A stretch of 64,000 nt of DNA from Aequorivita sp. UBA3180 (lineage in GTDB: Bacteria > Bacteroidota > Bacteroidia > Flavobacteriales > Flavobacteriaceae), in NCBI GenBank assembly GCA_002364215.1, contig DEXQ01000018.1:183287-247286 (forward strand). The letters run 5' to 3'. The position numbers and the translations under genes were made by a program. A model generated the notes under the pieces. It made no database searches. It worked only from the letters and a program-made list of their open reading frames with translations, and was not told the DNA's origin. Within the stretch, counting starts at the first letter, position 1; every line of letters starts with the position of its first letter. Of the stretch, positions 55,455 to 64,000 are shown piece by piece.

Positions 55455-56723
55455 ATGCAAATCGTTTCCGCACAAGAGGCCGTATCCATAGTAAAATCTG
55501 ATAATCGTGTATTTTTTCAGGGAGCTGCGATGACTCCAAATTTGTTGATAGACACTTTATGCGAGCGCTATCTAGAATTGAACAATGTTGAAATAATACA
55601 AATACATACCCACGGCGAAGCCAAATATACCCAGGCTCCATACACTGACGCTTTTAAACTTTCAAGCTGTTTTGTAGGCGATAACGTTCGGAAAGGCGTG
55701 AACACCATTCACGGCGATTATATTCCAGTATTTCTAAGTGAAATCCATTGGCTTTTCAGAAGAAATATCCTTCCATTAGATGTGGCTTTTATCCAAGTTT
55801 CTACGCCAGACAAGCACGGGTACTGCTCTTTGGGTGTTTCGGTTGATGTCACCTTGCCAGCAATTCAAACTGCAAAACACGTTGTTGCCCTTATCAACCC
55901 AAATGTACCAAGAACCCACGGCGACGGAATTATTCATATAAATAGTATTGATTTTGGAGTAGAAATAGATACGCCCATTTATGCTTCCATTTTAGGGGAA
56001 CCTTCCCAAATTGAAGCGACCATCGGTAGAAATGTGGCTGAGTTGGTGGAAGATGGCGCCACCCTTCAAATGGGCATCGGCAATATTCCAAATGCGGTGC
56101 TCCACAACCTGGGCAACCATAAACGATTGGGAATCCACACCGAAATGTTCAGCGATGGCATACTTCCTTTGGTTGAAAAGGGAATAATCACGGGCGAGGA
56201 CAAAGAAATAAAAACGGGTAAAATAGTAACCTGTTTCGCCATGGGTACCAAAAAATTATACGATTTTATTGATGATAACCCAATAGTTCATTTTAAGGAA
56301 GCTGGATATACAAACGATACGGCAATAATTCGCCGTAACCCAAAAGTAACTGCAATTAACAGTGCCATTGAAATTGATTTGACCGGACAGGTTTGTGCAG
56401 ATAGTATTGGAATGTACCAGTATTCTGGAGTTGGAGGGCAGATGGATTTTATTCGTGGTGCTTCGCTTTCGGAAGGAGGGAAGCCTATTATTGCGATGCC
56501 ATCAATCACCAATAAAGGCATTTCCAAAATCACCCCCTTTTTAAAGGAAGGTGCCAGCGTTACTACCACCAGGGCTCACGTTCATTATGTGGTAACCGAA
56601 TATGGAGTAGTGAATCTTTTCGGAAAAGGGATTGAGCAACGAGCCAAAGCGCTTATTTCAATTGCACATCCCGATCATCGGGAAGCGTTGGAACGTGAGG
56701 CGCGAATGCGTTTTCACAGCTAA
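55455..56723 (+). CDS. Acetyl-CoA hydrolase/transferase family (4-hydroxybutyrate CoA-transferase-like)
   Basis: LQMGIG.IP, IHTEMF, AINSAIEIDLTGQV, SGVGGQ.DF, VTEYG. Confidence 0.92.
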   Translation: MQIVSAQEAVSIVKSDNRVFFQGAAMTPNLLIDTLCERYLELNNVEIIQIHTHGEAKYTQAPYTDAFKLSSCFVGDNVRKGVNTIHGDYIPVFLSEIHWLFRRNILPLDVAFIQVSTPDKHGYCSLGVSVDVTLPAIQTAKHVVALINPNVPRTHGDGIIHINSIDFGVEIDTPIYASILGEPSQIEATIGRNVAELVEDGATLQMGIGNIPNAVLHNLGNHKRLGIHTEMFSDGILPLVEKGIITGEDKEIKTGKIVTCFAMGTKKLYDFIDDNPIVHFKEAGYTNDTAIIRRNPKVTAINSAIEIDLTGQVCADSIGMYQYSGVGGQMDFIRGASLSEGGKPIIAMPSITNKGISKITPFLKEGASVTTTRAHVHYVVTEYGVVNLFGKGIEQRAKALISIAHPDHREALEREARMRFHS

Positions 56724-56770
56724 AGATATAATTTTGCTGTTTTTAGGGTGGATGAAAGAGTGCTGTTTTT

Positions 56771-56788
56771 TAAGATAGATTTATCCTT
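56771..56788. promoter_or_regulatory. Putative Rrf2 autoregulatory operator
   Basis: TAAGATAGATTTATCCTT lying 43 bp upstream of the rrf2 start. Confidence 0.65.
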
Positions 56789-56831
56789 GAATAATATTGT
56801 TATTACTTACTTTTGAAGAAAATAAATCTAT

Positions 56832-57260
56832 ATGTTTTCAAAAGCTTGTGAATATGGTATTCGGGCCGTTCTATTTATAGCAAAACAATCTCAAAAAGAT
56901 TTGCGACCAAATATCTCAGAAATATCCAAAGCAGTGGACTCACCGGAACCATTTACTGCCAAGGTTTGCCAACAACTTGCACGTGCGGGTATAATCTTAT
57001 CCAAAAAAGGGCCCAACGGTGGGTTTTATTTAGAAAAGAATTCGACCCTGCGATTGGCCGATATTGTTTCTGAAATAGATGGCGATCAAATATTTAACGG
57101 TTGTAGTCTCGGCTTACGCGAGTGCTCCTCGGAGCATCCCTGTCCCGTACACGATCAATTTATGGACGTACGCAACGGTTTAAGACAAATGTGCGAGAAT
57201 ACGTTGGTGATGGATCTTGCCAGTAATTTGGAAGAAGGCCAAACATTTTTAAAAGTTTAA
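56832..57260 (+). CDS. Rrf2 family regulator with Fe-S Cys motif (NsrR/IscR-like)
   Basis: MFSKACEYGIRA, S.KGPNGGF.L, CSLGLRECSSEHPCPVH. Confidence 0.92.
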   Translation: MFSKACEYGIRAVLFIAKQSQKDLRPNISEISKAVDSPEPFTAKVCQQLARAGIILSKKGPNGGFYLEKNSTLRLADIVSEIDGDQIFNGCSLGLRECSSEHPCPVHDQFMDVRNGLRQMCENTLVMDLASNLEEGQTFLKV

Positions 57261-57269
57261 GACAGAAGT

Positions 57270-57662
57270 ATGACGACGGATATAATGAAATTGAATGATG
57301 TAAAGCATTTGGTAGATTCCTTTTATGGAAAAATACGGGAAGATATCCTATTGAAGGATATTTTCAACAATATAATCCAAGACCGCTGGCCCGAGCATCT
57401 TGAAAAAATGTATACCTTTTGGCAAACCGTTCTTTTGAGTGAGCATACTTATTACGGCAGCCCTTTCCCGCCCCATGCAAAAATGCCCATTGATAAAGAG
57501 CACTTTGACCGATGGTTACAATTATTCTTTGAAACCATCGATGAAAATTTTACGGGTGAAGTGGCCGAGGAAGCAAAATGGCGCTCATCTAAAATGGCCG
57601 AGATGTTTCAGTTTAAAATAAATTATATGCGTGAAAACTCAGGCTCTAAATACGTTCAATAA
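57270..57662 (+). CDS. Group III truncated hemoglobin
   Basis: LVDSFYGKIRED.LL..IF, W..HL.KMY.FW..VLL, Y.G.PF..H, F.RWL.LF. Confidence 0.92.
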   Translation: MTTDIMKLNDVKHLVDSFYGKIREDILLKDIFNNIIQDRWPEHLEKMYTFWQTVLLSEHTYYGSPFPPHAKMPIDKEHFDRWLQLFFETIDENFTGEVAEEAKWRSSKMAEMFQFKINYMRENSGSKYVQ

Positions 57663-58129
57663 TGGAAAAGAAAAAACCGATTAAAAGACACACTGCCTTA
57701 CAGCCCTTAAGCCGGCAGCATCATTTTGGGCTACTTTTCAGTTGGAAATTGCGCAAGGGTTTCAGCAAAAATATTGCTCCCGAAAGACTTCAAAAATATG
57801 CCGCTTGGTTTTTTGAGGAAGAAATAAAGCCTCATTTTGAAGCCGAGGAAAAGCATGTTTTTACGGTTTTGAATGAAGACAATGAGTTAATTGTCCGTGC
57901 CTTAAAAGAACACAGGCGAATAGAGCGCCTTTTTAAGGAAAACGAAAATCCTGAAAAATCCCTAAGCCAGTTGGAGGAAGAGCTCGATGCGCATATCCGT
58001 TTTGAGGAGCGTATTCTTTTTAATGAAATCCAAAAAGTAGCCACCGAAAGTCAACTCCAAAAAATTTCAGAAATCCATTCTGAAAATGTAACACCACCTG
58101 AATATTCTGATCCATTCTGGGAAAATTAA
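57662..58129 (+). CDS. Hemerythrin/HHE domain protein
   Basis: LSRQHH, PHFEAEE, EH..I, HIRFEER.LF. Confidence 0.88.
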   Translation: MEKKKPIKRHTALQPLSRQHHFGLLFSWKLRKGFSKNIAPERLQKYAAWFFEEEIKPHFEAEEKHVFTVLNEDNELIVRALKEHRRIERLFKENENPEKSLSQLEEELDAHIRFEERILFNEIQKVATESQLQKISEIHSENVTPPEYSDPFWEN

Positions 58130-58146
58130 CCTTATTAAGTCTATTT

Positions 58147-58164
58147 TAAGATAAAAATATCCTT
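58147..58164. promoter_or_regulatory. Putative Rrf2 operator upstream of ric
   Basis: TAAGATAAAAATATCCTT, 2 bp from the FNR-like box. Confidence 0.68.
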
Positions 58165-58166
58165 TT

Positions 58167-58180
58167 ATGATTTAGGTCAT
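58167..58180 (+). promoter_or_regulatory. FNR-like box upstream of ric
   Basis: ATGAT-TTAG-GTCAT; GAAATTTG at 58203 (22-bp gap). Confidence 0.75.
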
Positions 58181-58240
58181 ATTTTGGGTGTGAATTTATG
58201 CTGAAATTTGCCCCATATTATTCATAAAAAGATATTTACC

Positions 58241-58966
58241 ATGACAACACTTCAAGAAAAAACAGTAGCCGATGTGGTTACGGAAAACATAAAAGCAGCC
58301 CACATTTTCAAAAAGCACGGCATTGATTTTTGCTGTGGGGGTGGAGTTAGCATTAAGAGAGCCTGTGAAAAAGCTAAGATAGATCCCGCTATTTTGATGG
58401 CAGAACTATTGAGTCTAGACACAGTGCAGGATAGAGCAAAAGATTATAACAGTTGGAAACTGGATTTTCTAACAGACCACATAATTAACGTACACCATAC
58501 CTATGTAGAAGAAAATAGCCCTATGCTACTTCAATATGCGCAGCGAGTAAACCATGTACATGGACATCATTACACAGAGCTCGGACAGATTGAGGCTTTG
58601 GTAAAACAAGTGGTGCAGGAGTTGGCTTCGCATATGAAAAAGGAAGAGTTGATACTTTTTCCTTTCATAAAAAAATTGGTAAAAGCTGAACGCGATGGAG
58701 AGGAAATTCCCGCAATTCATTTTGGAACTGTTGAGAATCCCATAAAAATGATGGAAGCTGAACACGAGGAGGCTGGCGAAATATTGCGTCAAATTGCAAA
58801 GTTGAGCAATAACTTCACACCACCACAGGGTGCTTGCAATACCTACCGTGCTTTTTATGCCAAACTTGATGAATTTGAGCAGGATTTGCATCAGCATGTT
58901 CATTTGGAAAATAATATTCTTTTCCCAAAAGCCTTGAACTTGGAAAAGAAATTAAAGAAAGATTAA
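58241..58966 (+). CDS. ric: Iron-sulfur cluster repair di-iron protein (Ric/YtfE/ScdA)
   Basis: IDFCCGG, HHTY, HMKKEELILFP, EH..AG, H.HLENNILFP. Confidence 0.95.
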   Translation: MTTLQEKTVADVVTENIKAAHIFKKHGIDFCCGGGVSIKRACEKAKIDPAILMAELLSLDTVQDRAKDYNSWKLDFLTDHIINVHHTYVEENSPMLLQYAQRVNHVHGHHYTELGQIEALVKQVVQELASHMKKEELILFPFIKKLVKAERDGEEIPAIHFGTVENPIKMMEAEHEEAGEILRQIAKLSNNFTPPQGACNTYRAFYAKLDEFEQDLHQHVHLENNILFPKALNLEKKLKKD

Positions 58967-59025
58967 CCTTCGTTTAAGATTATCCCCAGCCCCAAATCTT
59001 GATTTTTATTTGATTGGTTTTTAGG

Positions 59026-59088
59026 ACAGTTCGGAAAATTGGCAACTTTGAATGTTTGCTGCCAAAAATCCGGACTGTTTTTTTAATT
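59026..59088 (+). terminator. Long hairpin/terminator after ric
   Basis: acagttcgga...tccggactgt outer stem, ttggca/tgccaa inner stem, then a T tract. Confidence 0.5.
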
Positions 59089-59098
59089 TTGAACCTTG

Positions 59099-60310
59099 AT
59101 GGATTTACGAAAACACATAGCCATTGGGCTTTTCTATTTTCTGCTCGTGGCGCTGATGGGAGTTCTACTTCGTTTTTTTTTCGTAACGCCCATCTCGCTC
59201 AATTATAAATATATTCTACATGCGCATTCGCATACGGCTCTGCTCGGTTGGATTTATTTGGGGTTGACAACCTTAATTTATAAAGTATTTCTTTCAAAAG
59301 CAGAAAAGACAAAACATTATAAACGCATTTATATATTTACGAATCTTTGCATTGTAGGGATGCTCATAACCTTTCCCATTCAGGGTTATGCCTTGTATTC
59401 CATTATTTTTTCTACGCTGTTTCTATTTGCTTCGTACTGGTTTGCCTGGTTTGCGATGAAGCATATTCCGGCGCATTTTAAGCAACGCTTTTCTTGGAAG
59501 CTTATAAAAACCGCCCTATGGTATTTGGTTATTTCCAGTATTGGTCCCTGGGCGATCGGTGGGGTGATGGCGACTCTGGGGCCGGAGTCCATTTGGTATA
59601 AATCCTCCATTTATTTCTATCTCCATTTTCAGTATAATGGTTGGTTCATTTTCGCTTTGCTCGGTATTTTGTTTTACGTTTTTGAAGAAAAGGGAATCAA
59701 GTTTAATCCTGAAAAACTCAAATCGTTTTTTCTTCTCTTGAATTTTGGCGTCCTGTTCACTGTCTTTCTATCGTTCCTTTGGTTTGTCCCGCCCACGGTA
59801 ATTTATGTTTTAGGATTGGCTGGAGCCGTGGCGCAGCTATTGGCATTTTCGGAACTCTATTCAATGTTAAAAATAAATTTTCAGTTCCTAAAAAATGAAT
59901 TTGGCCCAAGCTGTTTGTTTCTTTTGAAATTTGCCGGTATTCTATTTGTTCTAAAACTGTTTATGCAGCTTTTCTCGGCTTTTCCCTATCTGGCCGACTT
60001 AGCTTTTCGGTTGAAGGATTTTGTAATTGGGTATCTACATATGGTTTTTTTGGGAATCGTAATTACCGCAATGCTCGCTTTTCTGAAATATTTTAAATTA
60101 ATACTGTTGCCCAAAAGCTTTTTTTGGCTCTATATGTTTGCATTCCTAAGCACGGAAGTGCTCATTTTTTATAAAGCCTGCGCACTTTGGCTAGGTTTGC
60201 CATTCGTTGCGGAATACTATTGGTTGCTTACCATTTTAAGCTGCGCGTTCCCCATTGCGGTGGGAATTTTATTTTTCAGAAACATTAAAAGTTTATATCT
60301 TTCTGCTTGA
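59099..60310 (+). CDS. Polytopic membrane protein with His motifs (NnrS/HCO-fold-like)
   Basis: About 12 TM; LHAHSHTALLGW, YLHFQYNGW, GYLHMVFLG. Confidence 0.6.
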   Translation: MDLRKHIAIGLFYFLLVALMGVLLRFFFVTPISLNYKYILHAHSHTALLGWIYLGLTTLIYKVFLSKAEKTKHYKRIYIFTNLCIVGMLITFPIQGYALYSIIFSTLFLFASYWFAWFAMKHIPAHFKQRFSWKLIKTALWYLVISSIGPWAIGGVMATLGPESIWYKSSIYFYLHFQYNGWFIFALLGILFYVFEEKGIKFNPEKLKSFFLLLNFGVLFTVFLSFLWFVPPTVIYVLGLAGAVAQLLAFSELYSMLKINFQFLKNEFGPSCLFLLKFAGILFVLKLFMQLFSAFPYLADLAFRLKDFVIGYLHMVFLGIVITAMLAFLKYFKLILLPKSFFWLYMFAFLSTEVLIFYKACALWLGLPFVAEYYWLLTILSCAFPIAVGILFFRNIKSLYLSA

Positions 60311-60341
60311 AGTGAAAAACCTGCGATAATTAAGGTAAAAG

Positions 60342-60355
60342 CTGATAATTGTCAT
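60342..60355 (+). promoter_or_regulatory. FNR-like box upstream of ccoI
   Basis: CTGAT-AATT-GTCAT; AACCTTTG at 60378 (22-bp gap). Confidence 0.75.
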
Positions 60356-60415
60356 TTGGCGAAACCAAATCTCTTTCAACCTTTGCAACAGGTATAACGA
60401 GCAATTTTTTAATTG

Positions 60416-62821
60416 ATGGCAAACTGTTTCCATTGTGGTGATGCGTGTTTGGACGTTGAAATTAAACATGAGGAAAAATCCTTCTGCTGTCACGGCTGTA
60501 AGACGGTTTTTGATATTCTACACGACAACGATTTAAGTTACTATTACGATCTTGAAAAAACCCCGGGCATTTCCCCAAAGGAAATCGCCGGTAAATACGA
60601 TTTTCTCGACAATGAGGCCATTGTTGAAAAGTTACTGGAATTTAACGATGGCACTACCCAGATTGTTTCATTTTTAATTCCGTCGATACATTGCAGCAGT
60701 TGCATTTGGATATTGGAAAATCTGAATAAACTAAATCCTACCGTTACATCCTCACAAGTTAACTTTCCCGAAAAAACGGTACGGATTACTTTTTCTGCTG
60801 AAGAGAATTCGCTTAAAAATTTAGTGATTCTTTTAAGCCGAATAGGTTACGAACCCTATATTTCGCTGGAGGATTCCGAAAAAAAAGAAAAATATATCAA
60901 CCGAAGCCTGATCTACAAACTGGGCATTGCGGGATTTGCCTTTGGAAATATTATGTTCCTCTCATTTCCTGAATATTTTGAGCCTTCCGAATTCTGGCTG
61001 GACCAGTTTAAGCCGTTTTTCCGTTGGTTGATGTTTGCGTTTTCACTACCGGTGGTTTTTTACTCAGGGAGTGCGTATTTTACTTCGGCATACAAGGGGC
61101 TTCGTTCCAAAATCTTAAATATAGACGTCCCCATAGCTTTGGGAATTGCGGTTCTTTTTATACGAAGCACGATAGACATAGTATTCGACTTGGGCACAGG
61201 CTTTTTTGACAGTCTCTCTGGCTTGGTTTTCTTTTTATTATTGGGGAAATTTTTTCAGCAGAAAACCTATAGCTATCTTTCCTTTGAACGCGATTACAAA
61301 TCATACTTCCCGATTGCCGTTACACGACTTTTCAAAAATGCTGATGGAAATACCGTAGAAGAACAAGCTGAGGTTTACACCGTAAAAAAAGGCGACCGCT
61401 TGCTTATTCGCAACAATGAAATATTACCAGTGGATGCCATATTAATTAAAGGGAATGCGCTTATTGACTACAGTTTTGTAACTGGTGAAGCAGAACCTAT
61501 TACAAAACAAAGCGGCGACAAACTTTTTGCGGGCGGAAAGCAACAAGCCGGTATTTTGGAAGTGGAAGTTCTTAAACCCGTAGCCCAAAGCTACCTTACC
61601 CAACTGTGGAGCAACGACGTTTTCAGCAAGGATAAAACCGGCCTTTTTGAATCGATTACGGACAGTATCAGCAAACGATTTACGGTCGTTCTGCTTACCA
61701 TAGCATTTATTTCTACCATTTTTTGGCTTGTGGTCGATCCTTCCAAAGCCTTTAATGTGTTCACCTCGGTTTTAATTGTGGCCTGTCCGTGCGCCATTGC
61801 ACTTGCCGCGCCATTTACTTTGGGCAATGTGCTGCGCATTTTCGGAAGGGAAAAACTCTATTTGAAGGAAGCCTCAGTAATCGAACAAATGGCGAAGCTG
61901 GACACCGTTGTATTTGACAAAACGGGAACCCTCACTACCAACCAAAAAAATATGATTAGCTATGAAGGCATTGCGCTTTCAGAGGAAGAAAAGCAATTGC
62001 TCACGAGTACACTTCGGGCATCGAGCCATCCTTTGAGTCGCTCGCTTTACAATATGCTCGACAAAAATAATATCCAAACCTTGGATGAATTTGCAGAAGA
62101 AGTAGGGAAGGGGATTTCCGCAACTGCTAAAAACAATTCCATAAAAGTGGGATCCTATGAATTTGTGGGGTATTCTGATCAATTGACTTTCGAAGTAAAA
62201 AATAGAACCACGGTACACATCAGTGCAAATCAAGTTTACAAAGGCTGTTACATTTTTAACAGTGAGTACAGAAAAGGTGTTGCCGAAATTTTTGAACAAT
62301 TGGGTGCCAATAAAGATGTGGTTGTCCTTTCGGGCGACAACGAAGGCGAGCGTGAACGGCTTGAAGAATTACTGCCCAAAGGCACGAAACTATATTTCAA
62401 CCAAAAACCGGACGACAAGTTGAATTTTATAAAAACCCTTCAGCAAAAAGGAAAGCAGGTGCTTATGATTGGAGACGGTCTGAACGATGCAGGAGCGCTA
62501 AAACAGAGCAATGTAGGTTTTGTGATTTCAGAAAATACAAACGTTTTTTCACCAGCCTGTGATGGTATTTTGGATGCTTCACAGTTTCACAGAATTGGCG
62601 ATTTTTTAAATCTTTCCATTAAAGGTGTGAAAATCATAAAATGGGCGTTTTTATTTTCGCTATTTTACAATTTAATAGGTTTGGCATTTGCTGTTACAGG
62701 ACATTTAAAACCGGTAGTTGCGGCAATATTAATGCCTTTAAGCTCAATAAGCATTGTTGTTTTCACCACAGTTGCAACCCAATTTGTGGGAAAGAAATTA
62801 AGAACGGATATAAATAAGTAA
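60416..62821 (+). CDS. ccoI: Cu-translocating P1B ATPase for cbb3 oxidase assembly (CcoI/FixI)
   Basis: CFHCG, FCCHGC, CSSC, TGEA, ACPCA, DKTGT, GDGLND; adjacent to ccoS and ccoN. Confidence 0.9.
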   Translation: MANCFHCGDACLDVEIKHEEKSFCCHGCKTVFDILHDNDLSYYYDLEKTPGISPKEIAGKYDFLDNEAIVEKLLEFNDGTTQIVSFLIPSIHCSSCIWILENLNKLNPTVTSSQVNFPEKTVRITFSAEENSLKNLVILLSRIGYEPYISLEDSEKKEKYINRSLIYKLGIAGFAFGNIMFLSFPEYFEPSEFWLDQFKPFFRWLMFAFSLPVVFYSGSAYFTSAYKGLRSKILNIDVPIALGIAVLFIRSTIDIVFDLGTGFFDSLSGLVFFLLLGKFFQQKTYSYLSFERDYKSYFPIAVTRLFKNADGNTVEEQAEVYTVKKGDRLLIRNNEILPVDAILIKGNALIDYSFVTGEAEPITKQSGDKLFAGGKQQAGILEVEVLKPVAQSYLTQLWSNDVFSKDKTGLFESITDSISKRFTVVLLTIAFISTIFWLVVDPSKAFNVFTSVLIVACPCAIALAAPFTLGNVLRIFGREKLYLKEASVIEQMAKLDTVVFDKTGTLTTNQKNMISYEGIALSEEEKQLLTSTLRASSHPLSRSLYNMLDKNNIQTLDEFAEEVGKGISATAKNNSIKVGSYEFVGYSDQLTFEVKNRTTVHISANQVYKGCYIFNSEYRKGVAEIFEQLGANKDVVVLSGDNEGERERLEELLPKGTKLYFNQKPDDKLNFIKTLQQKGKQVLMIGDGLNDAGALKQSNVGFVISENTNVFSPACDGILDASQFHRIGDFLNLSIKGVKIIKWAFLFSLFYNLIGLAFAVTGHLKPVVAAILMPLSSISIVVFTTVATQFVGKKLRTDINK

Positions 62822-62823
62822 AA

Positions 62824-62837
62824 TTGACAAATGTCAT
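62824..62837 (+). promoter_or_regulatory. FNR-like box upstream of ccoS-ccoN
   Basis: TTGAC-AAAT-GTCAT; TAATTTTG at 62860 (22-bp gap). Confidence 0.8.
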
Positions 62838-62884
62838 ATTTTAAGGACCTTTGCAATAATAATTTTGAATACTAATTATCAGGT

Positions 62885-63091
62885 ATGACCATAATCTATA
62901 TGCTATTGGCAATCAGTGTTTTTGTAGCGCTCATATTTTTTGTGCTGTTTATCTTTTCAGTAAAAAAGGGCCAGTATGATGATACCTATACTCCTTCCGT
63001 GCGTATGCTTTTTGATGATGAACTGGTAAAAGAAGGTCCTTCAAATAAAAAGAATACTTCAAAAGAAATTAAAACCAATCCAGAAAAATAA
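62885..63091 (+). CDS. ccoS: cbb3 oxidase maturation protein CcoS/FixS
   Basis: N-terminal TM, then [18 protein letters not shown]. Confidence 0.92.
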   Translation: MTIIYMLLAISVFVALIFFVLFIFSVKKGQYDDTYTPSVRMLFDDELVKEGPSNKKNTSKEIKTNPEK

Positions 63092-63104
63092 CTCTATTAA
63101 CACT

Positions 63105-64000
63105 ATGCAAACAGAACAGTTTTACTACGACAACCAGATTGTCAAAAAATTCATCAATGCGACCATTTTTTGGGGCCTCATTGGTATGAGCGTGGGCTTA
63201 TTGCTGGCCTTTATGTTTTTGTTCCCAAACCTAACCGACGGGATATCGTGGCTCAGTTTCGGGCGTTTACGGCCTTTGCACACAAACGCGGTTATTTTTG
63301 CATTTGTGGGCAACGCTATTTTTGCTGGGGTATATTATTCTACCCAGCGTTTGTTGAAAGCGCGTATGTGGAGTGACTTTCTTAGCAACCTGAATTTTTG
63401 GGGTTGGCAAGCCATTATTGTTGGTGCCGCCATTACACTGCCGTTGGGATACACCACTTCAAAGGAATATGCAGAATTGGAGTGGCCATTTGATATTGCC
63501 ATTGCGGTAATCTGGGTGGCGTTTGGTATAAACCTGATAATGACAATGGTGAAAAGACGCCAGCGCCATTTGTATGTTGCGCTTTGGTTTTATCTGGGAA
63601 CTTGGGTAACTGTGGCGGTACTGCATATTGTTAATAGTATGGCCATTCCCGTAGGAGCATTGAAAAGTTATTCAATGTACTCAGGCGTTCAGGATGCACT
63701 GGTACAGTGGTGGTACGGGCATAATGCGGTAGCGTTTTTCCTTACTACGCCTTTCCTTGGTTTAATGTATTATTTTGTGCCGAAAGCGGCCAACAGACCA
63801 GTATATTCTTACCGACTTTCCATTGTACACTTTTGGTCATTAATCTTTATTTATATCTGGGCTGGACCTCACCACTTGTTATACTCTGCTCTTCCAGAAT
63901 GGGCTCAAAATTTGGGGGTAGCATTCTCGGTAATGCTAATTGCTCCATCTTGGGGAGGTATGATAAATGGACTCTTGACCCTACGCGGCGCTTGGGATAA
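63105..64000 (+). CDS. ccoN: cbb3-type cytochrome c oxidase subunit I (3'-truncated; absent from the ORF track)
   Basis: Translated by hand: [16 protein letters not shown]...[17 protein letters not shown]...KEYAELEWP...[14 protein letters not shown]...WAGPHHLLY. The frame is open to the window end. Confidence 0.95.
   Translation, partial: MQTEQFYYDNQIVKKFINATIFWGLIGMSVGLLLAFMFLFPNLTDGISWLSFGRLRPLHTNAVIFAFVGNAIFAGVYYSTQRLLKARMWSDFLSNLNFWGWQAIIVGAAITLPLGYTTSKEYAELEWPFDIAIAVIWVAFGINLIMTMVKRRQRHLYVALWFYLGTWVTVAVLHIVNSMAIPVGALKSYSMYSGVQDALVQWWYGHNAVAFFLTTPFLGLMYYFVPKAANRPVYSYRLSIVHFWSLIFIYIWAGPHHLLYSALPEWAQNLGVAFSVMLIAPSWGGMINGLLTLRGAWD

Noticed and set aside
162-63376. The many short (60-160 aa) ORFs in the track that overlap the main genes on the opposite strand or another frame
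   Set aside because: They are shadow ORFs of well-supported genes, with no motifs or independent promoter signals.
1-64000. tRNA, rRNA, transposase, integrase or prophage genes
   Set aside because: None was recognised. The intergenic gaps are short and showed no T-loop or cloverleaf signatures by eye.

Overview
A 64 kb stretch of a Bacteroidota chromosome, most likely Flavobacteriaceae (inferred from TAnnTTTG promoters, gene content and intergenic repeats). It is organised as a low-oxygen and nitrogen-oxide respiration island. Contents in order: an RND efflux operon end; HPF plus six tandem-domain universal stress proteins; deoC/deoD/trxA; a FixL-like heme-PAS kinase paired with a REC-Crp/Fnr hybrid regulator; two ATP-cone/restriction-nuclease paralogues facing each other across a beta-CASP MBL hydrolase and an orphan Pycsar-type TM effector; a TetR-TolC-HlyD-ABC operon; a clade II nos cluster; a 600-aa NMO/FabX-like protein; norCBQD plus norE/F-like genes; a second, ligand-divergent norCB-like pair fused to nadA-nadB; CoA ligase and CoA transferase genes; an Rrf2-globin-hemerythrin-ric NO-stress cluster; and ccoI-ccoS-ccoN (partial). 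The strongest signal outside the ORFs is a 14-bp FNR-like box (HTGAY-N4-RTCAT) found 14 times. Each copy lies exactly 22 bp upstream of a -7-like element, which defines a window-wide regulon. I saw no rRNA, tRNA, CRISPR array, transposase or nitrite reductase. All family calls come from motif recognition by eye, with no database searches.
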